Notes under the pieces: model-generated
Database searches by the model: none
The model's input: only the letters and a program-made list of their open reading frames with translations
What the model was told of the DNA's origin: nothing
Program-made: the position numbers and the translations under genes
Shown: positions 1-13,495 of the stretch, in pieces
Layout of the letters: every line of letters starts with the position of its first letter
How positions within the stretch are numbered: the first letter of the stretch is position 1
Source: an uncultured Planctomycetota bacterium
GTDB taxonomy: Bacteria > Planctomycetota > Planctomycetia > Isosphaerales > Isosphaeraceae
Reading direction: 5' to 3'
Length of the DNA: 64,000 nt
Assembly: GCA_963823665.1 (NCBI GenBank)
Contig: CAWGMQ010000010.1
Location: forward strand, 1,920,001 to 1,984,000

Positions 1-65
1 TCGACGGGCGCGGCCCTGCGTTAGTTCTTGAACCACATTTTCTCGGCCTAAACAAGGAGTCGCGA

Positions 66-371
66 ATGGCTCACATTGTCGCTGAGCCCTGCTTCGACTG
101 CAAGTACACCGACTGTGTCGTCGTGTGCCCGGTCGACTGCTTCTACGAAGGGGCGCAGATGCTGTACATCCACCCCGACGAGTGCATCGACTGTGAGGCT
201 TGCGTGCCGGAGTGCCCCGTCGAGGCGATCTTCCACGAAGACAACTTGCCCGATGAGTGGAAAGAGTTCACGGCTTTGAACGCCGAGGAATGTCCGAAGT
301 GTCCGGTCATCACGGAAAAGAAGGATGCCCTCGAGGCCGAGTCGTGCGACCAGAGCCGTAAAAAGAAGTGA
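66..371 (+). CDS. fdxA: 7Fe (3Fe-4S/4Fe-4S) ferredoxin, FdxA-like
   Basis: [18 protein letters not shown] and [21 protein letters not shown] match the Azotobacter-type ferredoxin pattern; AAGGAG RBS just upstream. Confidence 0.93.
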   Translation: MAHIVAEPCFDCKYTDCVVVCPVDCFYEGAQMLYIHPDECIDCEACVPECPVEAIFHEDNLPDEWKEFTALNAEECPKCPVITEKKDALEAESCDQSRKKK

Positions 372-509
372 AGGCCAATTCCGCCTGATCTTTCGGTTCG
401 CACTCTCACGCCGCTAGCGTTCGTCGCCGGATTCAAGCTCCAGTCGCTCGATGGCATTTTCGCCCCGGCCACCACGTCCGTGACCGGGGCCCTTCCGTCT
501 CCGGAGACA

Positions 510-3500
510 TCAACCCTTCTTCGTCGTTTTCTTCGTTGTGGCCGCCTTGTGCTTGGGTGCCGCCGGCTTGGTCACGTGTTTGACGACGATGTGTTTGACC
601 GGTTTCGGGTGGACGACCACGTGGGGCTTCTTCTTGTGATGAAGTGGTCCTTTGGGCGCGGGTGCCGGCGTGGGCGAGGGAGTTGGTGCAGGGGCCGGGC
701 TGCCGACAGTGCCGCTTCCTGTTCCGGTCGTGGTTCCTCTCGTCCCGGTTGTGGTTCCTCCCGTCCCGGTGGTCGCGCCGCCGCTGCCCGTCGAGCCCGA
801 GCCCGAGCCGCCCGATGACGTGCTCGACCCGACGCTCAAGACCGCATAGTCGGAGTAGCCGGTCAGTCCGGCACCTTTAACGCTCTGGACCGTGTCGGCA
901 GGCAGCGACACGCTGAGCGTGCCCGAGGTGTTGAAGTTCCCGGTCAGGTTGAATCGCACTGTATCGGCGTCGATCCACGTCAGGCTCGTGGCGTGGGCCG
1001 GGTCCATCGTTTGCACGGCCGTTCCGGACAGCACGAGATCGGTCGCATTGATGCCGGCCTGGTTGACGTTCTGGGAGAACGTGACCGTGACCGATGTCGG
1101 CGCCGTCGAAACGTTGAGAGTCTGGCCGTTTGCCTGGAACTCGCCGGTAATGGGTACCAGGGACGTGCTCAGCACGCGGAACGCACCGCCCAGCGGTATA
1201 CCACCGGTGCCGTTGAACTCGAACGCACCAATGTCGCGTGGTCCGTAATTGGCGAATCCGAACCCGCCGCCCGAAATCTTCACTTGGGAGTTACCGAGCA
1301 GGTCGGTCGTGATGGCCGTCGGCTCCCACGCGTTGTCGATCGCCGCTGAAGCCGAGGTCACCTGGAAATCGGCGTCAAGGAAGAAGTTCGCAGGGCCGTC
1401 GGAACCCGGTCGGGCGTCCACCGGGAAGACAAAATTCGGGTTCCCGACGAAGTTGCCCTGGTTGCTGAGTGCGTCCTGACCGGTTGTGCCCAGAAGCAGC
1501 GGATTGAACCCGTTCTGAACGGTGTTGACCACCGCGGTCTGCCCGCTGTCGCTGGCACCGTTCGAGTAGAACAGGTTGTTCTGCATGTTGATCTTGTTCG
1601 GGTTGGTCGAAAAGATCGCAAAACCCGACCTGGCCAGCGTCTGGTCGTGATTCTGCCAGAAGATGCTGCTGGCGACGTAGGCCTGAGTCGGCGTCGTCAG
1701 CGTGTTCGAGAGCGAGAGTCCAACTGTGTTGAAGACAAAGTCGTCGTTGATCAGGCTGACGGGGCTGACCGACGCGCTCGTCAAGCCGCCGTCGGTGATG
1801 GTGACACCGTCGATGTTTCCGTCCACGACGTCGTTCACGAGTTGCGGCGTCATCGCGCCGGAACCTGACGTCGTGATCGCGACGCCGGCCCCAGCGTCCA
1901 CAATGTAATCTTTGTCGACGAAGATGTTGGAGTTGTCGATGGATAGCGCGATGGAGTTGGGGTTGATCGAGCCGTTTGCCGGGTCGCCGACCAACGGGCT
2001 GGCGATCGAGAAGCCGGCGATCTCCGTTCTCAGACCGGAGAAGCTCTCCACGTTCGTCGCGGATACTGTGGCGTAGAGGCCCGCGGGTGCAGTTGCCACG
2101 AACGGAGCGCGGATGATCGTCGAGAGGGCGTCTCCAGTGCTCGTCGTGAAGACCGTGCTGTCGGTGCTCGTCGGGTCCGCCGAGAGCAACCGAACGAACT
2201 GCTTCATCGTGACCTGCTCGGTATAGACGCCCGGCAAGACCGCCACGACGTCGCCGGCGGCAGCCGCTGTCATGGCCGCGCCGATCGTCGGATAGGGGTT
2301 CTCCCGCGTGCCGATCACCGCCGTCGGGTTCGTGATGTATTGTGGTCCGCCGACGAAGAAGTTCTGCTGAAGCGCCGGCACGTCGACGATGAACTGCTGG
2401 CTGGCGGCAGGCGTCGCGACGTTGCCCGCGATGTCGCGAACGGCGTCCGGCCCCGTGCTGAGCAGCGTGACCTGATAGAGATTGTTGGTCAGCGTGCCCT
2501 CGGACGAGAACTGGATCTCCTCTCGACCCTTGCCGCCGGTGACCGTATCGAGCAGCGTGAACTTGATCGAATTGGGGTCGATCGGAATCGTCACGTCGTC
2601 CGCGTCGCCGAGGATTCCGTCAGGGCCGGCATTGATCAACTGGATCGACTGCGCCGTGAAGTGCGTCTGGTCGATGTTCTTGTTGCTGAAGACCGTGAAG
2701 TTGATCTCGCCGCTCGAGTTCAAACTCGTGATGACCTGGTCGGTCGTCGGCGATGAGACCGTGAGAACCGGCGGCGTCGTGTCGACGACAAACGGCAACT
2801 GAGCGTTGGGATCGGTGGGGCTGGACTCGTTGCCACTCTGGTCGATGATCTGCACCCGAGCGACGTAATAGCCGCTGTCGTCGCCAGGAACAGGCGAGAG
2901 CAAGCCGTCTGGCCCGACGTTGTAAAGTGGGAAGAGGTTGGGAAGCGGGTTGGTGTTGGTCACGAGTCCGGTATTGGCCGCGTCGATTCCGACCGTGACC
3001 TGGAACGCGCCACCTGTGCCCGAGAGGGCTGTGCCCGCGTCCGGCCGGATGTACTGCGCCAGACTCGCTTCACTGCTGGGAAGCGTGGTCGGGTCGAAGT
3101 ATTCGGTCAGTACGCCGTTGACGTCCACGGCGACGCCGATTTCGAGAATCGCTGTTTGACCGGCGAGCGGCACGAGCTGCGCGTTCGGCTCACTCACCGT
3201 ACCGTCAAAGGTCGGTAGCGTCGTGCTGGTAATCTCGTCTCCGATGATGTTCGTGTCGCTGGCCGGATCGAGCGTGAGCGAGCCGGCCAGAACCGACGGC
3301 GGCGTGGTGTTGATGATGAACGAGTCGAAGAAGTTGCCGCCGGGGTAGCCGTTGCCCGAAGGCAGAGCCAACTGGGCGCCGGTCGGGCTGTCGCCGACGG
3401 TGTTTTCACCGTCCAGGGCGATGCCCTGCGGGCTCGTGAGCACCGGTGAGCCGCTGCCGAACAGCTCGATCTGGTAGGCGTCGGTGCTGAGCGTGAGGCC

Positions 3501-6500
3501 GGCTGCCGCCAGGTTGATGATCAGCGTGTCGGTCGCGCTGTCATAAGTGAGCTTGCCGGCCAGGTTGATGGACGTGTCGACCGGAGCCGCCGGGTTGCTC
3601 CCGAGATCGGTCAACATCACCGTGTTGGCGGTGATCGAGTTGGGGTCGAGCGGGCCACTGAACGTGATGTTGATTGACCACGGCGTGGCGTTGGCACCGG
3701 CGCTTCCACCGACGACGTAGAAGTTCTGCGGCGTCGAGCCCGATAGCGCGGTCTCCGTCACGCTCGTGACTTCCGGCGGATGCAGGTTGACATACTGATA
3801 CGCACCAATGTCGATGAACGGATTGCTGCCGTAGCCGACGCTTGGGCTGCCGATCTTCGGTGCGCGAATGTACCCGAGCAGATCGCGCTGGCCCGAGACC
3901 GGGGCGTAGTCGTAGGTGCCGGGAATCTGGCCAGGAGTGCTGTAACCGCTGGGGTCGGTGGTCAGCACCGGCTCCCACTGGTCGGGGAAGCTGAAGAATC
4001 CCGATCCAGGCAAGGTGAGGATCTGATTGGGAGACACCGCCCCGACGACACCGACGTAGCCGCCGGGATTGTCTCTTCCCGGCTCAGCGGGGGGCGTCAA
4101 TGAGGCCGGGTCGGTCCGGATTTGGGTGGCGATGCCGTCGTTTAGCGTGAGGGTCGTGGTCGGGTAGATTGCATTGACCGGAGGGGAGCGGCCCGATCTC
4201 GCTGCGAGCCTGGTCGATCGCCGGTGAGGTCGGCTCCAGCTCGAAATTGCCGTCCGCCGCATCCACGAATTGTGGATCAGCATAGATTGCGCCGAAGTTG
4301 CCGTCCCAGTCGCCGTCGGTGGTCGTGACGTTGAGGTTCGTGGCGTTGTTATAGTAGAGGTTGTACTGCTCCTGGCCCTCGCGTGCTTGTCCCTGGAGAT
4401 TGACGGCGATTTGCGTTGAGCCGTCGAAAATGTTGTTCATGGCCAGAACGGTGACGCTGGAGTTGGCGTTCGTCCCGTTAAATTGCGGCGCAAGGGTCTG
4501 GATGGCGAACGGGTCGTTGTAGAACGTGTTGTTCAGCAGGATTCCTTGATAGGCGGACTCGCCGGCCGTGTCGGCAGTGTTCTCGGAGTTGATCTCCACA
4601 CCGACGCCCGAGTTGGAGATCGTGTCGTTGTACATGTAGAGCCACGCAGGATCGCCGTCCAATGTGCCGCGTATGGGGATTCCGCCGGCGCTACGAATCA
4701 AGGCGGCGAGTGGCTGGGGATGCACGAAGACCGCGGCATCGGCGAACTCGTTGAGGTTGGAATCGGCGATCGTGAGAAACATGGCGGAGTTGAACTGGGT
4801 GGCGGGACCGGCATAGCCGGTCTTCTCCTGGAGCCAGTCGCCACTCCCGCCGGTGTCGACGATTCCGCTGCCCTGGAGCTCGATCCGGGTCATGTAGCTG
4901 ATGTCGGCGTTGCTGATGATAGCTTCCCTCCAACGGATCGGTGGGGTCGTACTCCGTGAGCGACAGCCCGCCGATGTAGATGTAGCCGCCGTCCCCCGCT
5001 GCAGGCGTCGTCAGACTCTGGCCGACATAGTTGGGGCCGCCTGAGGCCGCAATCACGGCCGCCTCCGGCAGACTGTTCAAGATGTCGTCCATCGCAATCC
5101 CGCGCACCGTCGTACCGACCGTATCGTCGCGGAGCGAGGTCATGATCACCGGCACCCGCTGCTGCCCGGTCGTCTGGTTGCCCGGAATTCCCAGGATCCG
5201 CAGCTCGGAGTAGGCACCTGGATCGACGAGCGGGCTCGGAGTCGGATCCACGCCGTCCTCGACTCCGAACGCAAACCCGGCGCCGGCGTCCTCTGACGCC
5301 CCTACCCCGGTCGACCCGAAGGTCGTCGACAGGTTGGCGGCACCTGCGTCGTGCGGTGTCGACTCGCTGAGCATCTTGACGATGACCGACTGGCCGGGGC
5401 TCGGAATCGTCGTGCCGTCTGCCAGCAGCGTCCCTGGCAGGGCGGACTTGAATCGTCAGGCAGACGACAGGGTTCGGAATCGGCCCATAAGCCGTCTGGC
5501 TGGGAACCGGAGCGTTCGTGCCCAGGAAGTTCCCGCCGAAGCCGGGGAAGTACGGTCCGGAGGCGATGATCGTACCCTCGAGGACGTATGTCAGGTCGGT
5601 CGCATCCCAGACCGTGCTCACGGACTGGTTCGCATAAGTCGTGCCGCCAGCTCCGTCAACCGGGCCGACATAGTTGTATCCCGACGCCGCGACGAACGGA
5701 TAACCACGATTCGTGATTACTAGCAGACCGTCAATGCCGTTGTCCTGCATCACGTTCCCACGGAAGAACGGATGCCCCGAGACGAGCGGGTCGAGTGGGT
5801 CACCCGCCAGCAGGCCGTTGGGCTCGATTTGCATCGCCGCGTCGAAGTTGTTGAAGAAGTTGTTGTTCGTGATGTAGACGTGGCTGCCCAGCGTCGGCAC
5901 CGCCGCCGGTGGCAGCGGGAAGTCCGTGTCCAGCGTGATGAACGCCAGCACCGACTGCGACGGGATCGTGAAGTTCGGCGTGTTGATCGCGCCGCCGCCG
6001 TACTCGAAAGTGGCGGCGTTGATCACCGCCGCCGCGCCACTCTGGATGCCGATGCCACCCCACATGCTGGGCCCAAGGGTCGGGGTCGTCGCCTCGCCCG
6101 TCACGTTGATCGGCGTCGGCACCAGCGTGCTCGTCGCCGTGGACGTGTCGTCGTAAATCGAGTCGAACACGACTTGCGGATCCGAGGCCGACTCGTCGAT
6201 GTTGGTGCCCGCGCCCACCGACCGGCGTGTATCCACCCGGCTGGTCGTTGGCCGTGAGTACGCACGAGATCCCACGTTCAGGCTCGAGCCCGGGTTCAGC
6301 ACGTCGAGTGCACTGCCTCTGTTGAACTCAACCAGCGAACCGGGCTGAATGTAGAGCCGGTCAGTGACCCACTGGGTCTGCCCGCCCGAGTTGTCGATGA
6401 ACTCTTGGCCGACGACCAGTTGTGCCAGCACGATGATCGGCAGAGGCTCGAAGAACGTGTAATTGAGCGATCCGCCGAGCGTGGAGGGATTGGTCGGATA

Positions 6501-9500
6501 GTTGATCGCCGTGGTCGGCTCGATGTATCCGTTGCTCTTCGGACATCAGCCAGATGCGCGTTCAGGCTGTTTTGCGACACGACGACCTGCCGGATCAAGG
6601 GGCCACGCGCCGTGTCGTCCTCCCGGAACGAGTCCATGTCGGCCCCGATGGCCGACTCGGTCCCACCCGTGCCGCCGGAGAGCGAGATGTCGGTGTTCGT
6701 GATCGCCGGCCGGGAATTGTAGAGCGTGATCGCGCTGACGAAGTCGCTAGAGCCCTGCGGCACGGCACCGCCGGCGTAGCGAATGTTGCGTGTAATTCAG
6801 GATCGACATCGCGTCCGAGGCGCCGGAAACCGCCGCGCCGCCATTCGGGCCAACCAGCGTCCCGTCGACCGGGAATTGCACGCTGCTGGGCGACATTCGT
6901 CTCGTCGTAGTTGCGGAAGATGATCCCGCCCCAGTCGCCCGCAAAGGGTTGAGTATCGGGATTGGCATTGGTAGCTCCGCCGACGCTCGCGTCGTTGTAC
7001 GACGTGAACGTGACCGGATCGGTCGGCGTGCCGAGCGCCTGGAGGGCACTTCCCTGGTTCTGCACGAACAAGGCCGCATTCTGTGCTTTGAGCGTGGCCC
7101 CGGCCTCGAAGACCAGCGTCGTGTTGAACGGCACCGACGCGCTGCCGTTGGTCACGCCGCTGTTGTTCCCCGCCGGTGCCTGGAGCACGAAGCTCGCCTG
7201 GGTGACTAGACCCGGTGTTCGGGTTTCGCTGCGGAATGCCCGCCAGCGCGACCACGATCACCGGTCCGCCGGCCGAGTATTGCGAGACGTATGAGAGCTG
7301 CGAGGCCGCGTAAAGGGCCGACTGCTCGAACTGGCCGTCGCCGCTGAAATCGAAGGCCGTGTTGAAGTTCCCGGGCTCATAGAAGAACGTACTGTTGAGT
7401 CCGCCGTTGGGATTGTGGTCTGAATTGGCCGGTGCCGTGAGCGGATCGCCCTCGGGAGCCAGCACCGGGTACGGTTGGGCGAGCGAGCCGTCCGACAGGG
7501 TGCTGGGCAAGAGCGGGTTTTCGACATAGTCCGGCCGAGCATAAACGACGTTGCCGTAGTTCACGACCGTGAACGCGGCCGTGAACGCACCGCCGGCAAC
7601 TCCGTCGCCGCTCATGTCGTCCATGCGATTGGTGCCGTCGGACTGCAAGTCCTCGTATTCGGGCAGCGATGGGAACTCGGGGCTGGGAAGGCTCGTCTGG
7701 TTGCCCAGGTTTTCGCCGTCGAGCTGATTGCCGTAGATGTCGAAGATCCGCGTGTCTGTTCCGTCGGGCTCGATCGCGTTCGGGAAATAGACCCGATAAT
7801 CGTCGGCGGCAAGGGTGTTGCCGGGGTCGAGTTGAAGAACCAGGCGATTGCCCGAGCCGCCCGGCACCACGACCGACGACTGCTGCGTGATCGGATTGTA
7901 ATTGTAAAGAGTGACCGTGTAGTCCGTGAGGATCGTGAAGCCGGTCCCGGTGCTCCCGAGCCCTGCTTCGCCCAGGGTGCCGAAATCGCCGTCGGAAGCC
8001 CCGCCGGCTGAATTGGCCGATCCAATCAATTGAAGCTTGTTTGAGTAGTCGCCGTAGGGCAGCTGGGTCGAGAAGTCGACAACGACAGCCGTGGGCGGCG
8101 CCGACACGTTGTCACGCGTGTTGGCCGACCCGTTCGCCGGAGGCAGCTCGAAATACGATTGCTCCCCGCCGACCACTGTTGACCCGTTGGACGAATACGT
8201 GCTCTCAAGCGCCATGCCCGTGATGTAGACCGGTTGCGGCTGCACGTCGAACAGCACGCTGAAGTCGGGCGTCCCCTCGTCGGGCACATTCGTATCGTTG
8301 AGCGGATTGCCGGCGGAATCCGTGAGGCCGGGATACTGAAGCTCGGTCGTGTGGGCCACGAACACGTACTGTCCGGCCGGCAAGCCGGCCGTGAACGTCA
8401 GATTCACATACCCGGTGTATTCGAGGATATACGTCCCCGTCGGGTCCAGCACCGGATTGAGTGCCGAGAAGGTCGCCGTGGCTATGAACTGCGACTCGTT
8501 CGCGTTGTTGTTCGTGACGTCGACCAGAGAGTAGTTGCTGATGTTCGCCGCGGTTGCCGGATTGAGCGCGGAGAAGAGGACCGACGACGGAGTCGCGAAG
8601 ACCGGCTGGCTCTGATTCACCGGATCGACGACGTGCAGCGTGAGCGTTGTGAGCGCCGGCACCTCTGTGATATTCGGCGCCGGCGAATTGGGCAGAGGCA
8701 GGGGAGCACCGCCCGGTGCAAACGAGGACCGTGTCAATGTACGGATCGGTCTTGTCGATGCGGAAAGCGTCCTCCAGCGACGCCGCGAGCCCCGGCAGCG
8801 GCGGCGAGTCGACCTGGCCCACGACAACGGCCTGCACATGCTGGAAGCCTTCGGGCAACGCGGCTGGTGCCTGGAACGAGAAGGCGCCGTTGGCGTCAGT
8901 CGTCACCGTCAGGTCATAGGTGCCCGGTGTAGCCCCGATTTCCCGCACCCACCGCGAGCGTGATGATGCCGTTGTGCAACCCGTCGAACTCGATGTAGAC
9001 CTGCAGGTTCGCCACCGTGCCCGGGAACGGAACGTACACCTGACCGATGAACGTCGGCTGGCTGACGTTGGTGTTCTGATCGCCGACGATGCCCGTGTCA
9101 TTCGTCGCCGTCGGCGTCAGCTCGAACGTGGTGATGCTCGGCGGGCTCAAGGCTTCCACGCCGAGGTTCTCGACGAAGTCCTCGGCCAGTCCATTGGCGC
9201 CCGAGGGGAACACGCCGGTGAAATTGCCGTCGAGCGAGTTGCCCACCAGATCGGTGACGCCGGGATTGGCGCCGTGGCTCGAGAGAACCACGATCGCGTA
9301 CTGGTCGGTCGGCATCTCGGTCTGGGGCAGACCGTCGTAGTTGAGCGTCACGGTGTAGGTCGGGCGCACCGGTGCTCGGGTTCGTCCCCGTCGTGTAGCT
9401 GATCGTCGCACGCGGGTCGTTGTTCAGGTCGATATAGCTCGAGTAGTTTCCGTTCGAGGGCGGCCAGGTCGTCGCGGATCCCTTGCGGATCACGAAGATG

Positions 9501-11925
9501 TTCTGGAGCGTGACCGTCCCTGGATCGAGCGCCTTGCTGAACTGAATCTGGACCGTCCGGCCGTTGAGCTTGGTCCCGGTCACGACCGGCGCGGTGACGT
9601 CCGCCAGCGTGAAGGCGATCTTGCCGGTGGCGACCAGGTCCTTACCGTCTTCCGAAACGACTGTCTTGCTCGCAGGGCTCTGGATCGAGAACGTATACTG
9701 GCCGTTCGCCAGTGTGCCCGGGCGGCTTCGTGAAGCTGATCGGGAACTGGATGATCGTCGGGTCGGTCGGGTTATCGACCGCGATCGGCGTGCCCACGTT
9801 GACCGTCACCCCCGTGGGTGCGGTAAGGAAGGTCAAATCACCCGCCTCTACCGTCGTGAAGTTCACCGGCTTGTTGAAGGTGACGGTGACCGCGCTCGGT
9901 GTCATCGTCACCGTCTCGCCGTTGGACGGATCGGTGGACTCGACCCGCAGCAGGTCGACGGCGTTGATGGCCTTCACCGCGTTGATCAGTCCGTATCCAC
10001 CCTCCGGGTCCCACGCTCCCGGGCTCGAGCCGTTTAACGGCGTGTTCGACGCCGATTCGATCAGTCCTTCGCGGATCTCGGCGGGCGTGAGCGTCGGAAC
10101 CTCCTGGAGCATCGAGCGCCGCCACGGCCGCGGCATTCGGCGCCGCCGAAGACGTGCCGAAGAAGCTCGGCAGGTTCTGCGAGAGGTTTGTCGAGGTTGA
10201 CGGCTCACCCGGCACCTCCGGCGGCGTGTTCGACGTGTTTATGACATTGCCCGGGCTGAAGAACGAGGTGTTCCCCCCGTCAGGGGCAGTCACCGTGGGG
10301 TCCAGCGAGAGTATCGGCGTCGCCATCGCCGAGCCGTCCGCGTTGAATACGTAGAGTCCCGGACCATCCGAGCTGAACGGCTCGGAAGCCAGCGGATTCT
10401 GGCCCAGGAACGGCGCCGGTGCCCACCAGGGGGTTGCTCCTACGCCGATCGTGTTCGGGTTCGTTTCGTGCCCCGCCGAAGTCGGGTAGTATGTGCCGCC
10501 GGCACTGCCGTACGTTGACTGCGTGTCCACCGTCAGCTCGTTGGTGTCGTCCGCATCGTAGAATTCAACGTGACCGGGATTGGGCCCCGACACCAGTTCC
10601 ATGGCGATGAAATAATTGCCTGCCGCCGGTGTGGTGAGCGATTGGAACGGAGCGTCGAAAGCGACGTCGTTGTTCGTGCTCGAGGCCACCACCGTGCCCG
10701 AACTATTGAGCAGGTAGAAATTAACAGTTGACGTATCGACGTTGGGATCGCCGGCCGGCTCCTGGAAGTTGTAGGGCTGGTCGAACTGCATCACCAGCGG
10801 TATGTTCGGGTTGGTCGTGGTGATCGGCAGCTCGAGCAAGGTGCCGCCGTTGGGATTGAAATTCTCGAACGTGCCACTGCCGACGCCGGTGACTGTGCCC
10901 GTGGCGGGCCGCCAGTTCGACAGGTAACCGCCGTTGGCCTGGTTCCCGGCGGCGCTGAAGTAGGTCACGCCCTGCGCCGTCACCGCGTCGATCGATTGAC
11001 CGGCATATCCATCCTGGAACAACGGCTCGTCAGAGAATGAAACGTCGTCGACGATTTCATTCGCCTTCCCTGTAGTCGCAAGCGCAGTGATGGCCTGGCT
11101 GAACGCCAGGTCGCTGTCGCCCGCTGTGTCGAATGCCAGGTTTGCCCCCGGGGCGATGTCGTGGATGTTCTCCAGCATCGCGCGGCCTTCATCCGTGCTG
11201 CCGCTCGGCCCGTCACCCAGCACGTCGACCGGGTTGTTCGGGTTCAAGTCGCCGGTGCCATAAGACTCCGGCAAGCCTGCCCCTGCCGTCGGGTACTGAT
11301 TAACGCTGTCCGAGATCACACCAATCGTCACACCCTGCCCGGTTACGTTGAACTCGGTTTGCGCGACATCGGCAAATGTCGAAGCCAACGCCTCGTTGTC
11401 GGCTTCACCCTGATAGTGATAAACCGGGTAATCGAGCGGCATCCCGGCCATCGTCTGCTGCATCTCGGCGATCGTCGGCAGCTCATTCACCGGCGCCCAG
11501 CCCGTTGCCACCCCGTAGAGAGTGCTCGTGTCCGTGACCTGCATACCCACGTCTTGGAGCTGGGTGACAAACGAAGTGAAGCTCCCCCCCAGGCTCTTGA
11601 CCTGAATGCCCACCATTCCGTTATTGAACTCGACCCGCGGATTCTCCGCAGCAAGCTGCGACGTGCTGCCGCCGGTCTGCACGTAAGATTGGTAGATTCC
11701 GATCAGCGTCTGCCCCAGATTCGCCATCGGGCCATGCTGCACGTCGAACAGGTTCGTGGTGGTCGGGGTCCACAGCGGTGCAGGGATCGTGCTGTCGGGC
11801 GTCGTGCTCAACAGCCGCCGCTCCTCGAGCATCTCCAGTCGAGGCCGATCGTTACGTTTCGTACTCTTCTGATTCCGCCGCCGCGAAGGCTGCTCCGGCC
11901 GACCGTAACCCTTGAAGCTCCCCAT
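510..11925 (-). CDS. Giant extracellular protein (~3800 aa if rejoined): planctomycete LExRxLL N-terminal motif, S8/S53-like serine protease domain, Ig-like (Big) repeats, beta-helix region, Gly/Thr/Pro linker, His/Lys-rich tail; split by at least 12 frameshifts
   Basis: Overlapping minus-strand ORFs 9838-11925, 9642-10208, 9098-9583, 8914-9411, 8205-9101, 6797-8839, 6595-7188, 6747-7079, 6296-6763, 4890-6431, 4691-5374, 4084-4893 and 510-4283 form one T/S/G/N/D-rich sequence; motifs RPRLEMLEERRLLS, GVISDS, DEGRAMLENIHDIAPGA, SAAGN, FFGTSSAAP. Confidence 0.85.
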
Positions 11926-12128
11926 CGACAGACTCCCCGGTAAGCATTCGAGCTTCGACCTCGTGAAATAACCCCAATCGGGCTCTCACGAAAAGGCCGG
12001 GCTCGCAAACCATCAAGGTGATTCAGTAAACAGACTTACGAGAACTTCATTCCCCGCAGAGGGGCCATTCCGCTCTCGGCTCGTGACTTGTGGAACCTTC
12101 CGTAAGGCTCTACTTGTAAACGACCACA

Positions 12129-12144
12129 TGTGATGGTTGTGACA
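12129..12144. promoter_or_regulatory. CRP/FNR-like box TGTGA-N6-TGACA in the divergent intergenic region
   Basis: TGTGAtggttgTGACA is one mismatch from TGTGA-N6-TCACA; it lies between the giant protein gene and the DapA-like operon. Confidence 0.3.
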
Positions 12145-12481
12145 TCATGCATGCAGTCAATCATTGCAGCGTCGATTCCGTTCGTCAAGTCCCGGGCTAA
12201 AAGAATTCGACGGGATGTCGGTCGGAGGTGGGTAAGCTCTGTGAATTCTAAGGCCCGCGCAGAACGCGGAAACAGAGTCATTGCAGTCTGTCCTCTGGAA
12301 TCCAGAAGTCAAATGGGGAGGACTGGGGAACCTAGCATTTTGCGTGATCTGGTCGGTCGGTCGCGATGGTAGCGATTTCGGTAATGATGACTCTTGCCGG
12401 GATACTGGCCATTTGAGGTCAGATTTCGGATCATCGAACCGGTCGCAATCCATACACAAACCAGGCGATCGGGGGCAGACG

Positions 12482-13474
12482 ATGATCAACCCAGCGGACC
12501 TCGCCGGCCGGCTGATACCAGCCGTTCCCGTACCGCTGGAAAGCTCGGGTGACCTCCACAACGGTGCGCTCGAGGCTTATGTCTCCTGGATGGTGAATCA
12601 GCCAATCGGCGGTGTCGCGGTCTGGGCCCACACCGGCCGCGGCCTCAAACTCCCGCCCGCTCTGGCCGATCGTGTCCTCAAAACCTGGCGAACGTTCTTG
12701 CCCTCCGGTTCCCTGCTCCTGGCTGCGGCCGGCGTTCCTCCACCGCACAGATCGCCCAGCGCTCTCTTCGAGCGGGCCTACTCAATGGCCTGCCGCGCCG
12801 CGGAGCTGGGTGCGGACGCCCTTCTCGTTCATCCCCCAACCGCGCTGCGAGATTGCTCCGACCGCGACTCCCTCGTCATCCGCTACCATTCCCGAATCGC
12901 GCAAGCCGGGCTCCCGCTCGTCGCATTCTACCTTTACGAGGCTGCCGGCGGCATATCCTACACTCCCGATTTGATCGCCGATCTCCTCGCTCGCCCCGAC
13001 GTCCTCGGCATCAAGATAGCCACCCTCGACAGCGTGATGACCTTTCAAGAAATCACCCGCCTCGTCCAGACTCGCGCTCCCGCGAAGGTCGTCATCACCG
13101 GCGAAGACCGATTCCTGCCCTACAGCTTGATGTGCGGCGCCAAGGCCGCCTTGATCGGCATGGCCGCGGCCTGCACCACGGTCCAGGCCCGGCTCCTCCG
13201 CAGCCACCTCGAAGGTCGCTCGAGCGAGTTTCTCGCCTTGAGCCCGCGCATCGACGACCTCGCCCAGAATACGTTCCTCACTCCCATGGAAGGCTACATC
13301 CAGCGAATCCTCTGGTGCCTGGTCCACCAGCGAGTCATTCCCCGTGAGGCTGCCCACGACCCCTGGGGTCCCCAGCTCGACCCCGCTGAGTTCGACCGGA
13401 TCGGCGCATGCGTCGCGCGTGTCCTCGGCGCCCCGGAGCCAATCCCGCCGCCCCCCACGACAACCGGCTCTTGA
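12482..13474 (+). CDS. Dihydrodipicolinate synthase (DapA/NAL) family class I aldolase-like protein
   Basis: LIPAVPVP, WAHTGRG in place of GTTGE, GADALLVHPP, FYLY, Schiff-base Lys in GIKIATLDS, ITGED; start moved to the ATG at 12482. Confidence 0.85.
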   Translation: MINPADLAGRLIPAVPVPLESSGDLHNGALEAYVSWMVNQPIGGVAVWAHTGRGLKLPPALADRVLKTWRTFLPSGSLLLAAAGVPPPHRSPSALFERAYSMACRAAELGADALLVHPPTALRDCSDRDSLVIRYHSRIAQAGLPLVAFYLYEAAGGISYTPDLIADLLARPDVLGIKIATLDSVMTFQEITRLVQTRAPAKVVITGEDRFLPYSLMCGAKAALIGMAAACTTVQARLLRSHLEGRSSEFLALSPRIDDLAQNTFLTPMEGYIQRILWCLVHQRVIPREAAHDPWGPQLDPAEFDRIGACVARVLGAPEPIPPPPTTTGS

Positions 13475-13495
13475 ACACCAGAAATAGAAATCGTC

